A stretch of 60,233 nucleotides of DNA from Sedimentisphaerales bacterium (GCA_049509315.1 JBELAA010000001.1:1-60233), one strand, 5' to 3'; positions 42,057-52,211 are shown, counted from the first letter of the stretch. Translations and numbers: made by a program. Notes: a model not told the origin generated them from the sequence alone.

Positions 42057-44993
42057 TTATGGTATAGATTCAACTAAAATCCAGTTAATTACAGAGTTAT
42101 CGGCAGCACCCGCCGAACTGTTAATGGTAAACGATGTGCCATTTATCTGAGTATAGGATAAAAAGCCCTGCGTTCCAATCGCCGTAGCGCACGTTAGAAA
42201 CACCCGCGTGTTTGCAGTAACCGACGTATTTGCCACGGCGATAGTACCACCTACAAGCGTGGCCTGACCGATGCGGGAATTTGTGCCGGTTTTGATTCTT
42301 ACTCCACCGCCGATAACAGGAAAATCAAGATTGCCGTTGCATATCACCGTACCCGCCGAGTCCTTGACAAAATAGCTGACCGTTCCCTTTGTGGTATCTC
42401 TAAAATTCGACTTAACATTAGCATCCAATCCATACCCGGCCAATGGCGTTGCCTCGTGTAGAGAGATTGTTCCGGTACTCGCGAATATATTCTGTGTTAC
42501 TAAGTTTGGAACTTCAACTACCACCGAGTCCTCACGCAACCTCATTGCCTCTATGGGTACGGTATTATTTGCCTGTACCAATAATCTTATAATCGAATGA
42601 CTGTTTTCCCCACCTGCCACGATATCCATCACCCGATAATAAGCGTTAGTCGTTGGGAAATTCTGTGCTTGATAAACGCATATAATTGACGAATCAACAC
42701 CGGACGTATACGTCTGCAAATCAGTAAGTCCGACTGCTCTATAAATATTTATTCTTGAAGTCAAGGTCGCTAAAGGCGCCGAAATTGACGTACCGAAATA
42801 TCCGGTGCGCGGTCTCGTTGCTCCGTTAGCTCCAATATCGTAAGAATTATCCGTCACGGCGATAAATCCTGCTTTTGTAAATCGCCATATGTTTGTTTCC
42901 GTACCGGCAATTTTTACATTTATCGTTACTCCGCCGTCCATCACTCCGGCATTCGGCGCGTCAATGTATCCCTGTATACCGCCGTATTGCGCCGGGTTCC
43001 CGCTATCATTCTGTGCGTAAAAAGCAACACCTGATGCCGCTTGTCCAGCACCATTGACTTGCCGGTATAGATCAAGGGCGTTAGCGTTTCCGCTTGAAAC
43101 CTGTAGAGCATCAGTACTACCTGTCAACTGAGGAGAGGCTCCAAGTTTCAATGTATTAGACATTCCAACGATTCCGGTAAACGAAGGGGCGCTCAATGGT
43201 GCCGCTCCTAAATCGCTTAATATTTCCGCTTTTGTCCGCATGGCAAGACGGCCATCCCATAGCACGCAAATTGAATCGCTGGAAGTTGCCTTGTGAGGGA
43301 TACCGGAAAAATGTGCTGCACGCAGAGCACCACTATCATCTATAAGAATACTCGTTGAGCACTTTTTCGCCCACAGACCATCCCAAAATTTGCCCGTATC
43401 GCTGAGGACAAGAGGCACAGTCACACTATCGTCAATCTTAGTTCTGTAACCACCACCATTTAATGTTACGCCTGCGATGCCGGATAGATACAGATCGTTT
43501 GACAAACTATAGATTTCCAACCGAGCATCTTGCGCGGCGATCCTCCCCCACGGACCGTCATAATAATTCTGGCCGAAGGTTATGTAGTTATTGTCAATAA
43601 ACGGGATACCTGCCGCCCGACTGTATAAACTGTCAAATGTCCACCAATTTACTGTATAATTTCTTGGCACTTTTGCAGTGCTATCCGCTGTCAATCCTGC
43701 AATCGACCTCAGATATGAAGACCACAAATACCCACCGAGATATTTTGATCCGGTACAACTGTCATAATGGTCCGGTAAGTGCGAAAGCATATTCCATTCG
43801 ATATGAGATGTAACGGTATCAGCTTTATTTGCTTGAATTGCATGCTGAGATTTTATTGATGTGTCGGCTTTAAAACAATTCCCTATACTGTCAAGCCAAG
43901 TATAGACACCTCCGATCTGGTGCAAAGATCCTGTTGCCGGACTGGGGAAAGGAATGCCAGCCCACAGACCAGCATCCAAAGCAGTATCGGTTTTATGTGA
44001 ACTGTCAACCTTGAAAAGAATATCAGAATTTTTTATCGTATCCCATTCAGCGTTAGCTGGCCACCCTGTAGTCAGCGGGCTAACAAGAAATTTATTATGT
44101 AATGCACTCGAATTGGCTAATAGTGTATCCCAGTTTGATATTATAGGTGTAAATTGACCATTTTTACCAACAATAAGCGATCCATTTTTAATACGTAACG
44201 CCCCTATAGATGCAAGAGAGGCAGACCAATTCAAATGATAATTCCACACAAATTGATTAGTACTACCATCCCATGTAAAATCATAAATTCTAGGATAGCC
44301 CGATGTTCCATATAGAGGCATGGCAGGTATACCCTTATTCCGAATACCTATCACCTCTACCGCCCTCGGATTATTCGTGCCCGATGTACTGACATCGCCG
44401 GTATCAACAATGGTGTCACGAGCATGATTTGCATATACTGAAGCATGAGAAGAATCGGGAACAAGCGGTTCCCCATTCTTATAATAATTCCCCGTGGTAT
44501 TATAGCCAAGCGTGGAAAAGAGAGAATCAAAAGCCCAGATACCGGCAGTGTAATTTTTCGGGACCTTGCCCGTGGAATCGGAATAGGGAGTGGTGATAGC
44601 AGTAACCGCAGTCTGCGCGTGTATAGTTGTGTCCCATGTATGTCCGCCGTTTAAGCGGGAATCCTTTGAAGAGTCCGAGGTGTCGGAGTGAGGAGTGGTG
44701 ATAGCAGTAACCGCAGTCTGCGCGTGTATAGTTGTGTCCCATGTATGTCCGCCGTTTAAGCGGGAATCCTTTGAAGAGTCCGAGGTGTCGGAGTGAGGAA
44801 CGGTAAAAATGGTGTCGCGGTGAGGAAACCCATTCACGTCGAATTTTATTCGAGCACCTGAAAGAGAGGTATCCCTGAGTTTCCCGCCGTGGGGCCCCCA
44901 TATCTTGAGCCAGTACGTCGCGAGCGTATCGATCTGCTGCACGTATCCGAAGGCTAACACTGGAAAAAGAAAGATTAAAATCAGTTTTCTCAT
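42057..44993 (-). CDS. Large tail fibre/spike-like protein with signal-peptide-like N-terminus and 35-aa tandem duplication
   Basis: 978 aa. N-terminus MRKLILIFLFPVLAFG. Duplicated block TPHSDTSDSSKDSRLNGGHTWDTTIHAQTAVTAIT. Gly/Ser/Thr/Asn-rich composition. Confidence 0.55.
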   Translation of the reverse strand: MRKLILIFLFPVLAFGYVQQIDTLATYWLKIWGPHGGKLRDTSLSGARIKFDVNGFPHRDTIFTVPHSDTSDSSKDSRLNGGHTWDTTIHAQTAVTAITTPHSDTSDSSKDSRLNGGHTWDTTIHAQTAVTAITTPYSDSTGKVPKNYTAGIWAFDSLFSTLGYNTTGNYYKNGEPLVPDSSHASVYANHARDTIVDTGDVSTSGTNNPRAVEVIGIRNKGIPAMPLYGTSGYPRIYDFTWDGSTNQFVWNYHLNWSASLASIGALRIKNGSLIVGKNGQFTPIISNWDTLLANSSALHNKFLVSPLTTGWPANAEWDTIKNSDILFKVDSSHKTDTALDAGLWAGIPFPSPATGSLHQIGGVYTWLDSIGNCFKADTSIKSQHAIQANKADTVTSHIEWNMLSHLPDHYDSCTGSKYLGGYLWSSYLRSIAGLTADSTAKVPRNYTVNWWTFDSLYSRAAGIPFIDNNYITFGQNYYDGPWGRIAAQDARLEIYSLSNDLYLSGIAGVTLNGGGYRTKIDDSVTVPLVLSDTGKFWDGLWAKKCSTSILIDDSGALRAAHFSGIPHKATSSDSICVLWDGRLAMRTKAEILSDLGAAPLSAPSFTGIVGMSNTLKLGASPQLTGSTDALQVSSGNANALDLYRQVNGAGQAASGVAFYAQNDSGNPAQYGGIQGYIDAPNAGVMDGGVTINVKIAGTETNIWRFTKAGFIAVTDNSYDIGANGATRPRTGYFGTSISAPLATLTSRINIYRAVGLTDLQTYTSGVDSSIICVYQAQNFPTTNAYYRVMDIVAGGENSHSIIRLLVQANNTVPIEAMRLREDSVVVEVPNLVTQNIFASTGTISLHEATPLAGYGLDANVKSNFRDTTKGTVSYFVKDSAGTVICNGNLDFPVIGGGVRIKTGTNSRIGQATLVGGTIAVANTSVTANTRVFLTCATAIGTQGFLSYTQINGTSFTINSSAGAADNSVINWILVESIP
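44587..44799. repeat. Exact 105-bp tandem repeat (2.03 copies), in frame within the fibre gene
   Basis: The unit starting ggagtggtgatagcagtaaccgcag occurs at 44587-44691 and 44692-44796, and the next 3 bases are also shared. Confidence 0.95.
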
Positions 44994-45451
44994 GGTGTTC
45001 CGCCGCCTGTTCCGTCAAAGATTTTTACCAACATCCCGTCAATTGTTCCATTATCAAATAGGCCGTACAAAATGCCGGGTTGTGCGAGCAGCCAGTAAAC
45101 GAGTAGTTTCCCCGTCTGTACGGCCGGCGGCGCACTGAGTCCGTTCAAAATCAAAACCGTCATTTCGCCGGATATATCGTACTGCTGGTTTAAAAACATC
45201 CAGGCTGAACCGTTCCATTTTAAATACCCGATCGCCTTTGGGGTAATTAATGGTTCAAACGATCCACTTACTGTACCGCTTTGCAGGACCACCGGCGCCG
45301 GCCCTTTTCCTGCGACCGTCTTCGCCGTTGCCGCCGCCTGCAATTGCAGCGCGTTAATAAGCCCCATCAAAGCTGTTACCTTCTGCCAGAGCTGTGCTAC
45401 GGCAAGGGTGACGTCTTTCGGAGGCCGGTCTATTATGGTTGGTCCGTTCAT
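44990..45451 (-). CDS. Hypothetical tail-module protein
   Basis: 153-aa ORF with ATGA coupling at both ends. Confidence 0.5.
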   Translation of the reverse strand: MNGPTIIDRPPKDVTLAVAQLWQKVTALMGLINALQLQAAATAKTVAGKGPAPVVLQSGTVSGSFEPLITPKAIGYLKWNGSAWMFLNQQYDISGEMTVLILNGLSAPPAVQTGKLLVYWLLAQPGILYGLFDNGTIDGMLVKIFDGTGGGTP

Positions 45452-45816
45452 GGAATTACTATCGCTCCCGAATTGTTTTTAACGTCTTCGTAATAATACA
45501 AAAGCGCGTCAAGGGATATTGCTTCGGCAAATACCCGAAGATCCGATATCTCTGTATTCGCCTCTACGGTTATTGCGATCGCTCCGCTTGCCGTTATTCC
45601 AGTTGCGTAGTATAAATTCCAGCTGTAGATCGAGCCGTAGAGGGTTAACGATACCGGTGTATTCCCTATTTTAAGTGTCGCGGTACCCTTTGCCCAGAGA
45701 AAAAGACTTCCGCCCGTCAGCGAAACGACGGGTAGTGTCATGACGCTGGCCGCGACTACCTTTATTGCGGTATTTGCACCGCCTTCAGGTCCTGTGGAAA
45801 ATTCGTAATCAGCCAT
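45448..45816 (-). CDS. Hypothetical tail-module protein
   Basis: 122-aa ORF. Confidence 0.5.
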   Translation of the reverse strand: MADYEFSTGPEGGANTAIKVVAASVMTLPVVSLTGGSLFLWAKGTATLKIGNTPVSLTLYGSIYSWNLYYATGITASGAIAITVEANTEISDLRVFAEAISLDALLYYYEDVKNNSGAIVIP

Positions 45817-45825
45817 TATTTAACC

Positions 45826-46176
45826 TTATGAAAACTTACCGCCGACAATAACGTGCTTTGTCAAGTCAAATCTTCCCTTTGTTCCCGGCGCAAAAACAAA
45901 ATCACATGCTGATACTGGCGGTATATATTCCGGGTCCATTGGACTTCCGAACAGAGTAACGGTATCACCTATCATCTGTACTGTTGAAAGGTAGGTTGAT
46001 CCCGGTATAAGCGGAGTTACAACCGCCGTCCATTGAGCAAAAGTTATTGTTTCCCCGTTGTTTGTAGAAAACAAGGGCCAAAGATAAATCAGCGCCGCAC
46101 ATTCAACTATAGTTGGAGCGGGAGAAAAAACCGGCGTTATCGCCGCTCCAGTGGTTCTGTTTATTATTTTACTCAT
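45826..46176 (-). CDS. Hypothetical tail-module protein
   Basis: 116-aa ORF that overlaps the upstream gene end by 8 nt. Confidence 0.5.
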   Translation of the reverse strand: MSKIINRTTGAAITPVFSPAPTIVECAALIYLWPLFSTNNGETITFAQWTAVVTPLIPGSTYLSTVQMIGDTVTLFGSPMDPEYIPPVSACDFVFAPGTKGRFDLTKHVIVGGKFS

Positions 46177-49100
46177 AATCCCCCTTATAAATACTCATCC
46201 AGAAAAGGGTGTCTGCCAGTTCCGCCTGCCAGGCCATTTCGTTGTTTTCCGACAACTCAGGCCCGGCCGCTTCGTCCTTCTGGACGTAATACTGCTGGCG
46301 CTGGGTTATGATATGGTCGCCGGTATTCGAAACTATCTCGAGCTGGATCCGGTTTCCCTGTACTTTTCGATCGGTTTTCAGGTCGCCGGCGGTTTTAAAT
46401 ATGTCCTTTATTGTTGTCGTCGGCGTTGTCTGTTCGCCGTTAACGTAAAGATTAAGGTTTATCTCGAGGTCGCTTGGAAACCCCGCGACATCATATCCGG
46501 CCTGACCACGGTTCGCAGGATCGAGCGGCCGCATATAGATATGACTTAATAAATGTTCAAGTACTTCGTGTTCGTACGTTCCGCAGTCTTCCATGAGGCT
46601 GACGCTACGCTGTATCTTATTCCCCGATATCCCGGTCCAGGAGTACGACATCCCGGACCCGGCTTTCCCGGGCCTTGTGGTTACGTCCCACCATTGGCCG
46701 GTTTCAAAATCAAGCACCAGACCACGCAGGAGAGCGTTGGAGTCGGAGATAAGTAGCACGCCCACGCGAGCCTCAGGGAGCGGCATATCGTCGCAGGGAA
46801 GCCCGTAAGGGCCTATTCCCTGCTCTTCCTCAACGATACCATGACGGACACAAGCGTCTGCATGCGGGCCGCTCGCCGTCGTCGGACCGTAAATCGATAT
46901 GCCGTTAAATGGGTCATAAAGAATACTCAGCCCATCCTGAAAGAGTTCAATGGTTTTCAGCATGCGGTCTTTTAAAAGGTTCTCACCGAGAGTCGTACCG
47001 TCGTAGATGCGCACTGCCGGCTCTCCGGTCACAACATAATCCGTACCATCCGGAAGGCGGCAGATAGCGGAATAGTCTTTTATTCCCACCTGGTCTTCCT
47101 GGTCGTACTGTCCGGATATCAGGAAAATAGAGATGATGCCGTTTATATCCTTGGTCAGCCAGGTATTGATCGGCACCTTTACGCGGTAATTAGCGCAGTA
47201 GATAATTACGAAATCAGGAAACCCGCGCAGGGCTTTGATCGGTTCTTTTGTCCTGAGAAACTGATACGATGGGTTGTAACTTCCTATCAAGTATTCCTGC
47301 CCCTGACCTATGTTCGAATAGTAACAAAGTGTATCGTCACGCAGGTCGGCGAAGGAAAAACCCGGCACGATACAGAATGTGTCAACAGAAGGAAATGGCT
47401 GCCAGAAACGGTGCATAAGGGAAAAATTAGTTATTCGAGGCCGCATATCTGCGTCGCTGGTGAAGTCTGCTGCTGACCGGCATACGGGGTCAAGACAGGC
47501 GGCGGTTGAGGATATCGACTCAGAAACGACGGCCGTGACCGTCGCAGCGGTAAGAAGGGCGGCAATAACGGATCTGTGACCGCCGGCCCAGAAGATTGTC
47601 TTTCCAACATCCGAGCTGGTAAAATCAGCTCCCACGGTCTTCGTGATTGTCGTTCCTGCCTGGCTGGCGGTAATTACCCTTATTCCCCCGATAGTTGACG
47701 TATCGCCACCGATCGCTCCTGCTATTGGTGTGTTTGATGAGACAATGTTTTCAAATACAGTAACTGAGTTTGGCGAAAGATACGTGTCGATAGTGAGTTG
47801 TACACCATTCTGCAAAAGTAATTTGCTTCCGGAATCACACTGTTGAAAAGACCCGTCAGAAGATACGAGGGTCTTTTCGCTTGATAAATTTCCTCCGATA
47901 CGTGCTCCGGTCGTTATTGTTCCCTGACTTACATCACAACCTAAAATACTGGCGCCGATATCGGTGCCTCCCACTGCGGAGGCAACGGTAAATCCTATTG
48001 TTTGTGTGACCCAGGTCCAAGAAATTAAAAAATGGTCCTTTTCAAACCTGCACAAAAACCCAGATGTTTTAAATGCGTTGTTGTTCGCAATTATCTGGGC
48101 GATATCGTACATTGAGGTACAAGATGAAAAATCTAATCCTGATACTTCATACACTACACCTGAGTTCGCGTTTCTTATTCCAAACGCTCCATTGTGTATT
48201 CCCGTCCATCCCGAGTAAATATCATAAGGGGCAACAAGCGCGGCACCGGTAATTTCAGAAACCCGCGAGTACGGAGTACAACACGCAGCGAATAAATCAA
48301 TGTCAGTACCAGAAACACCTGCCGATGTGTAGCCAAGCGAACCTGTATTGGATGAATTAACTAATACAAATTTATTCGTCGCGTAACTGAACACAACATT
48401 AGTTCCTGCAACATTTCGAAGCGCGGCATTAATTACTTCCGCCACTTCGGCCATGGTATTACAAGAACTGAAATCAAGCGCGACAAGTGAATACGAAACA
48501 CCATCAACACTAAAGGTTATTGATCCATCGATTATTGCTTTCCATGCTGTAATCGCATTATAAGGTGAAGTGAGCTTTCCCCCAATTATCACAGCCCCCT
48601 GAATGGTCAATAAAAAGGCTTTGGCGACTGGGATGTCAGCTTCCCAGATAAGCTGTTCCTCGTTGTTCCGTTCGCCGTTGATCGGGTTGATGCCTGCAAT
48701 GCCAATATCAAGCGTACGGTACCGGGTGTAGTGGGTATGGTGCCACTGTTTATTGCTGCTCACGTCGACCGGGATTGCCATATTGCCGACGGAAAGCATA
48801 TTCGAAAAGGTCGGCGTCGTTACGGTCCCGGTACCGTTCTGGCATTTCATAGCGGTCGAACCTATATCAGTACCGCTCGGGCCCGCGCTGGTTACCGTCA
48901 GTGTGTCACCTTCCTGCGGCATGGTGATTATAAAATGATCTGAAGAAAAAACACAGAGGGCGGTCGGTATACATCCCTGAAGGCCCGCTTGTATCCTTGC
49001 CGCGACATCGGGCATGGTAAGAACGCCGGTAAAATCAACGGCGACCACATACGCGGTACCGTTCAGGGTTATGGTAAACTGGCCGTTTGTTATACTCGCC

Positions 49101-50080
49101 CAGGCATTCGGTACGTTATATGGTGCAGTAAGAGCTGCTCCTGTGAGTATGGAATAGGTCGTCGTTGCATCCCCGACCGGCCGCGGGGCGAATACTTCCG
49201 TATAGTCGACGCCATTAACATCGGCGGGTAGTGGGCCTGTTTCGTGTTCAACAACAGACCCGGCTGTGTTCCGGTCCCGCGTATCGCCCTCTCCGCTTAT
49301 TCTTGATAGGGTGTAGATGTATTTATAGCCGTACGTGTTGACTGCTGATTGCGCGACTTCAGTAAGGAATGTGGTTGGAATAGGGCTGTTTACCTGCCAG
49401 AAATAATATGGCGATTGTGTGAGATCCAGCCGGTATATTTTCCCGTCGCAGACGATAAAAGCGTAATTCCCCTGCTCGATGATAAATGATTTTTTATTTG
49501 ACAGTTGAGCCTGCGATACGTTGAAAGCCTGGACATAGGAGCTGACTTCCGGGCTGGAAATAAAAATTCGAGTATCGATGTGAAGAATTATCTTCTTCTG
49601 TGTTATGTGCTTCTGCGTTCCATTGACCGGACCGCGAACATAGCCGGCAGTACCGGTCGCGTGGGTGGCGGTCGGATAGGTATGCCTACTGGCCTCCACT
49701 GTTATCTGTGTAGTCCCGCCACATGCGGTTATGAGTTCCGCGTTGCCGTCGTCGTAAACGAAGTAATTGCCGATATCCGCAGAAGTAAAATTGGTGCCAA
49801 CAGATTTTGTTATTACTCCCGCTGTTTTTGAAAAAGTATAGCCGGTCCGTCCCGAAAGGGCAGGTAGCCTTGTTGACGACCAGAGACGACACCCCGGTAC
49901 CGGCATCAGGTATTTAAGAAAGGAGATGTACCCGTTTGATTTTGCGATGGCGTTCTTCGGTATTGTAGAGGCTGGAATATCATTAAAAACGCCGGCGGCA
50001 AAGGGTTTAGCGACCGGCAACTGCGTGCGTGTTACCGCCTGTTCGTCCTGTAAAACGGTATGTGGGTCAAAGGTTTTCAC
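46169..50080 (-). CDS. Large tail protein (nozzle / tubular-B-like by position) with three ~95-aa internal repeats
   Basis: 1303 aa with a GTG start (GTGA overlap with the small upstream ORF). Three repeats each carry APYN/SPYN/APYD...W..I.NG/DG...DF(T/S)...GTDI. Function assigned by size and synteny only. Confidence 0.55.
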   Translation of the reverse strand: MKTFDPHTVLQDEQAVTRTQLPVAKPFAAGVFNDIPASTIPKNAIAKSNGYISFLKYLMPVPGCRLWSSTRLPALSGRTGYTFSKTAGVITKSVGTNFTSADIGNYFVYDDGNAELITACGGTTQITVEASRHTYPTATHATGTAGYVRGPVNGTQKHITQKKIILHIDTRIFISSPEVSSYVQAFNVSQAQLSNKKSFIIEQGNYAFIVCDGKIYRLDLTQSPYYFWQVNSPIPTTFLTEVAQSAVNTYGYKYIYTLSRISGEGDTRDRNTAGSVVEHETGPLPADVNGVDYTEVFAPRPVGDATTTYSILTGAALTAPYNVPNAWASITNGQFTITLNGTAYVVAVDFTGVLTMPDVAARIQAGLQGCIPTALCVFSSDHFIITMPQEGDTLTVTSAGPSGTDIGSTAMKCQNGTGTVTTPTFSNMLSVGNMAIPVDVSSNKQWHHTHYTRYRTLDIGIAGINPINGERNNEEQLIWEADIPVAKAFLLTIQGAVIIGGKLTSPYNAITAWKAIIDGSITFSVDGVSYSLVALDFSSCNTMAEVAEVINAALRNVAGTNVVFSYATNKFVLVNSSNTGSLGYTSAGVSGTDIDLFAACCTPYSRVSEITGAALVAPYDIYSGWTGIHNGAFGIRNANSGVVYEVSGLDFSSCTSMYDIAQIIANNNAFKTSGFLCRFEKDHFLISWTWVTQTIGFTVASAVGGTDIGASILGCDVSQGTITTGARIGGNLSSEKTLVSSDGSFQQCDSGSKLLLQNGVQLTIDTYLSPNSVTVFENIVSSNTPIAGAIGGDTSTIGGIRVITASQAGTTITKTVGADFTSSDVGKTIFWAGGHRSVIAALLTAATVTAVVSESISSTAACLDPVCRSAADFTSDADMRPRITNFSLMHRFWQPFPSVDTFCIVPGFSFADLRDDTLCYYSNIGQGQEYLIGSYNPSYQFLRTKEPIKALRGFPDFVIIYCANYRVKVPINTWLTKDINGIISIFLISGQYDQEDQVGIKDYSAICRLPDGTDYVVTGEPAVRIYDGTTLGENLLKDRMLKTIELFQDGLSILYDPFNGISIYGPTTASGPHADACVRHGIVEEEQGIGPYGLPCDDMPLPEARVGVLLISDSNALLRGLVLDFETGQWWDVTTRPGKAGSGMSYSWTGISGNKIQRSVSLMEDCGTYEHEVLEHLLSHIYMRPLDPANRGQAGYDVAGFPSDLEINLNLYVNGEQTTPTTTIKDIFKTAGDLKTDRKVQGNRIQLEIVSNTGDHIITQRQQYYVQKDEAAGPELSENNEMAWQAELADTLFWMSIYKGDYE

Positions 50081-50238
50081 CTGATTGCCTCTTTAGCTAC
50101 CACCATTACGGTAATAATAATCGCTCCGATAATAGTCGTTGCCGGAAATATTAAAAACCACAGCGGAACGCCGTGTTTCCAGCACCAGTAAGTAACCGGT
50201 CCCCACTTTTCAAGGTATACTTTTTCGAATTCAGTCAC
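50077..50238 (-). CDS. Small membrane protein (53 aa)
   Basis: Below the track cutoff. GTG start overlapping the upstream stop (GTGA), and its stop overlaps the downstream GTG start (GTGA). TM helix LWFLIFPATTIIGAIIITVMVV. Confidence 0.35.
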   Translation of the reverse strand: MTEFEKVYLEKWGPVTYWCWKHGVPLWFLIFPATTIIGAIIITVMVVAKEAIR

Positions 50239-50978
50239 ATGGGCCTCGGTATTACTCTGTTGTTCTGCAGCTGGGCGCTCCGGCGGAAGTGTGCCGCGAA
50301 CCGCGCCTTTGTCTGCCTGTCGAATTGTGTTGAAAGTGCGCTCTTCGCGCCGTTCGCTACCGCCTGCATATACCCGACAACGTAATCCTCGATCGCCATC
50401 TCAAAATCGGTCGGCACCATAAGGGGAATACTCTCCGACACCAGCCGCGGGGCCTTCCATAAGAACTCCACAAACCATTTTGTATTGGCGTCGCCCGGGT
50501 CGAATGGAAAAGTAACGTGCGGCGGTGCATCGTCTACCGCGGGCATCGATGCGACGGCCACCTCAGATATCACAAGACGGGTCGATTGAAGGCTGTAGGG
50601 GTTCTGGTCGGCATACAATGCCGGCTGGGACATCCAGGTGATTGTATCGTCGTAGCCGCCTTCGGTGGTATCGACGAACACCCGCCGGATAATGTCGGCA
50701 AGGAAAGTATAGGTGGTACCGTTTATTACTTTAACAATAGCTCCGCACGACAGGTTCGCGGCGACTATATCGTACTCGTAAGTACCGGCAACCGTCTTAA
50801 GATACGGCGGAAAGCCCTGGTTGTCCGTACCTCGGTAGATGCGGTCCTCACCCAAAGACGCGATCAGCTCGTCGCGGCCAAGCTCGATAATGGAAAGTAT
50901 AGACCGTTTTCCTGTGGATCTATTCCAACCACTGGGAGCTCGTGCGACGAGCCGATCGAGAAGCGTCTTTGTACTCAT
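50235..50978 (-). CDS. Tail adaptor / tubular-A-like protein (by position)
   Basis: 247-aa ORF between the capsid module and the 1303-aa tail protein. Confidence 0.4.
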   Translation of the reverse strand: MSTKTLLDRLVARAPSGWNRSTGKRSILSIIELGRDELIASLGEDRIYRGTDNQGFPPYLKTVAGTYEYDIVAANLSCGAIVKVINGTTYTFLADIIRRVFVDTTEGGYDDTITWMSQPALYADQNPYSLQSTRLVISEVAVASMPAVDDAPPHVTFPFDPGDANTKWFVEFLWKAPRLVSESIPLMVPTDFEMAIEDYVVGYMQAVANGAKSALSTQFDRQTKARFAAHFRRSAQLQNNRVIPRPM

Positions 50979-52051
50979 GTTACCTCTTCCTCTGCCGTGG
51001 GTGCGGGTGCGGTGGTTTCCGCACTCGCAGGAGTGGACTTGGAAATAAGGTCGAGTTCTGCCTTGTTGACTATCTTAAGGAGCTCGCCCTTTTTAATCCG
51101 CTCCGGATTTTTAATTCCAAGTAGTTTTGCCTGGTCTTTCAGCTGTTTCCACGTGATCGGCTTTTCATGTGGATTGGTGGTAATAAGCGGGAATGTTGTC
51201 GCAGGCGCCTTCTTTGTCGCCGCGATCGCCCGCAGTTCTTCGCGTTTCTCCGGCGGGAGTTTAAGGATTGCATTAATGATAGCTTCCTCTGATACCGCCG
51301 CGGGCGCAGCTGCGACCGGTGATTGTATGTTGAGCTCGTCGAACTGGCGCATGGTTTCTTTTTTAATGTCCTGGAATTCGACGCAATCGGTCCATCCGTA
51401 CCTTGACCTCTGGGTCGCTTCCGTCCATCTCTTGATAAGCGCCTGGACCTGTGGCGACTTGATGCGGACGGTAATAGGACGGATGGAATAATTTTTGTAG
51501 TTGTGCTCGTTAATATCGGTTTCCGCCTGCTGTTTCGTCGAGAATGTTGCTGGGAGCATGCGGCCTGCAGGAGTGAATATTGCGAATTCTTCGGCGTCGA
51601 CCGTGATTATCTTTTCAAAGATATCAAGCTCCCTCTTTGCAAGTTCGCCCGGGAATACGCCGTTTCCCGTATGGAAGGCGAGAAGATTGAACGCCCGGCT
51701 TTTTGCGTAATGGTTATCAATAATCACCAGCCGGTTGTGCCAGAAGGGATCGTCGGGCAGGTAGAGCGCGGCAAACTTCTCCTGGCCGAGCTCGTATACT
51801 TCAAAACGTCCGGCCGCCCTGTCGCCGGTCTTCCATTCCGTTATTACGTCCGACACCTGCCGCGTTCCGTTGTATTCCATGTGGACGGAAACACCGAACG
51901 GCCCGGAAATGTGACGGGAATAAAACATGGGCGCCCGGGTGCGGACCTCAAAAAAGTTGATACCCGCGGAAAGGGCTTCCCTGAACTTTTCCGGTATGTT
52001 TGACATACCGCCGAAAACCATACCCTGTTTACTGCCTGTGATGGCTGTCAT
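50975..52051 (-). CDS. Head-associated hypothetical protein with C-terminal Rho_N/SAP-like helix-extended-helix motif
   Basis: 358 aa. The C-terminus ITWKQLKDQAKLLGIKNPERIKKGELLKIV resembles the Rho N-terminal (HeH) motif. First gene after the capsid gene. Confidence 0.5.
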   Translation of the reverse strand: MTAITGSKQGMVFGGMSNIPEKFREALSAGINFFEVRTRAPMFYSRHISGPFGVSVHMEYNGTRQVSDVITEWKTGDRAAGRFEVYELGQEKFAALYLPDDPFWHNRLVIIDNHYAKSRAFNLLAFHTGNGVFPGELAKRELDIFEKIITVDAEEFAIFTPAGRMLPATFSTKQQAETDINEHNYKNYSIRPITVRIKSPQVQALIKRWTEATQRSRYGWTDCVEFQDIKKETMRQFDELNIQSPVAAAPAAVSEEAIINAILKLPPEKREELRAIAATKKAPATTFPLITTNPHEKPITWKQLKDQAKLLGIKNPERIKKGELLKIVNKAELDLISKSTPASAETTAPAPTAEEEVT

Positions 52052-52163
52052 ACGCCATTCTCCCTTGGGCCTTTCGAGATTGCCTGTGGCAAGCGAGAAA
52101 GGTTGCTACAGTTCAAACCCATAAGCCCGGTTAATTGTGAATAATGTTTCATGTGAAACAATA

Positions 52164-52190
52164 GGGAGAGCTGCCCGAAAGCAGCCCCCC
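52164..52190 (-). terminator. Candidate stem-loop terminator/attenuator after the capsid gene
   Basis: gggagaGCTGCccgaaaGCAGCccccc is a GC-rich hairpin 20 nt downstream of the capsid stop. The minus-strand 3-prime flank is only moderately T-rich. Confidence 0.35.
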
Positions 52191-52211
52191 TTGATTGTCC
52201 GTTATGGTCGA

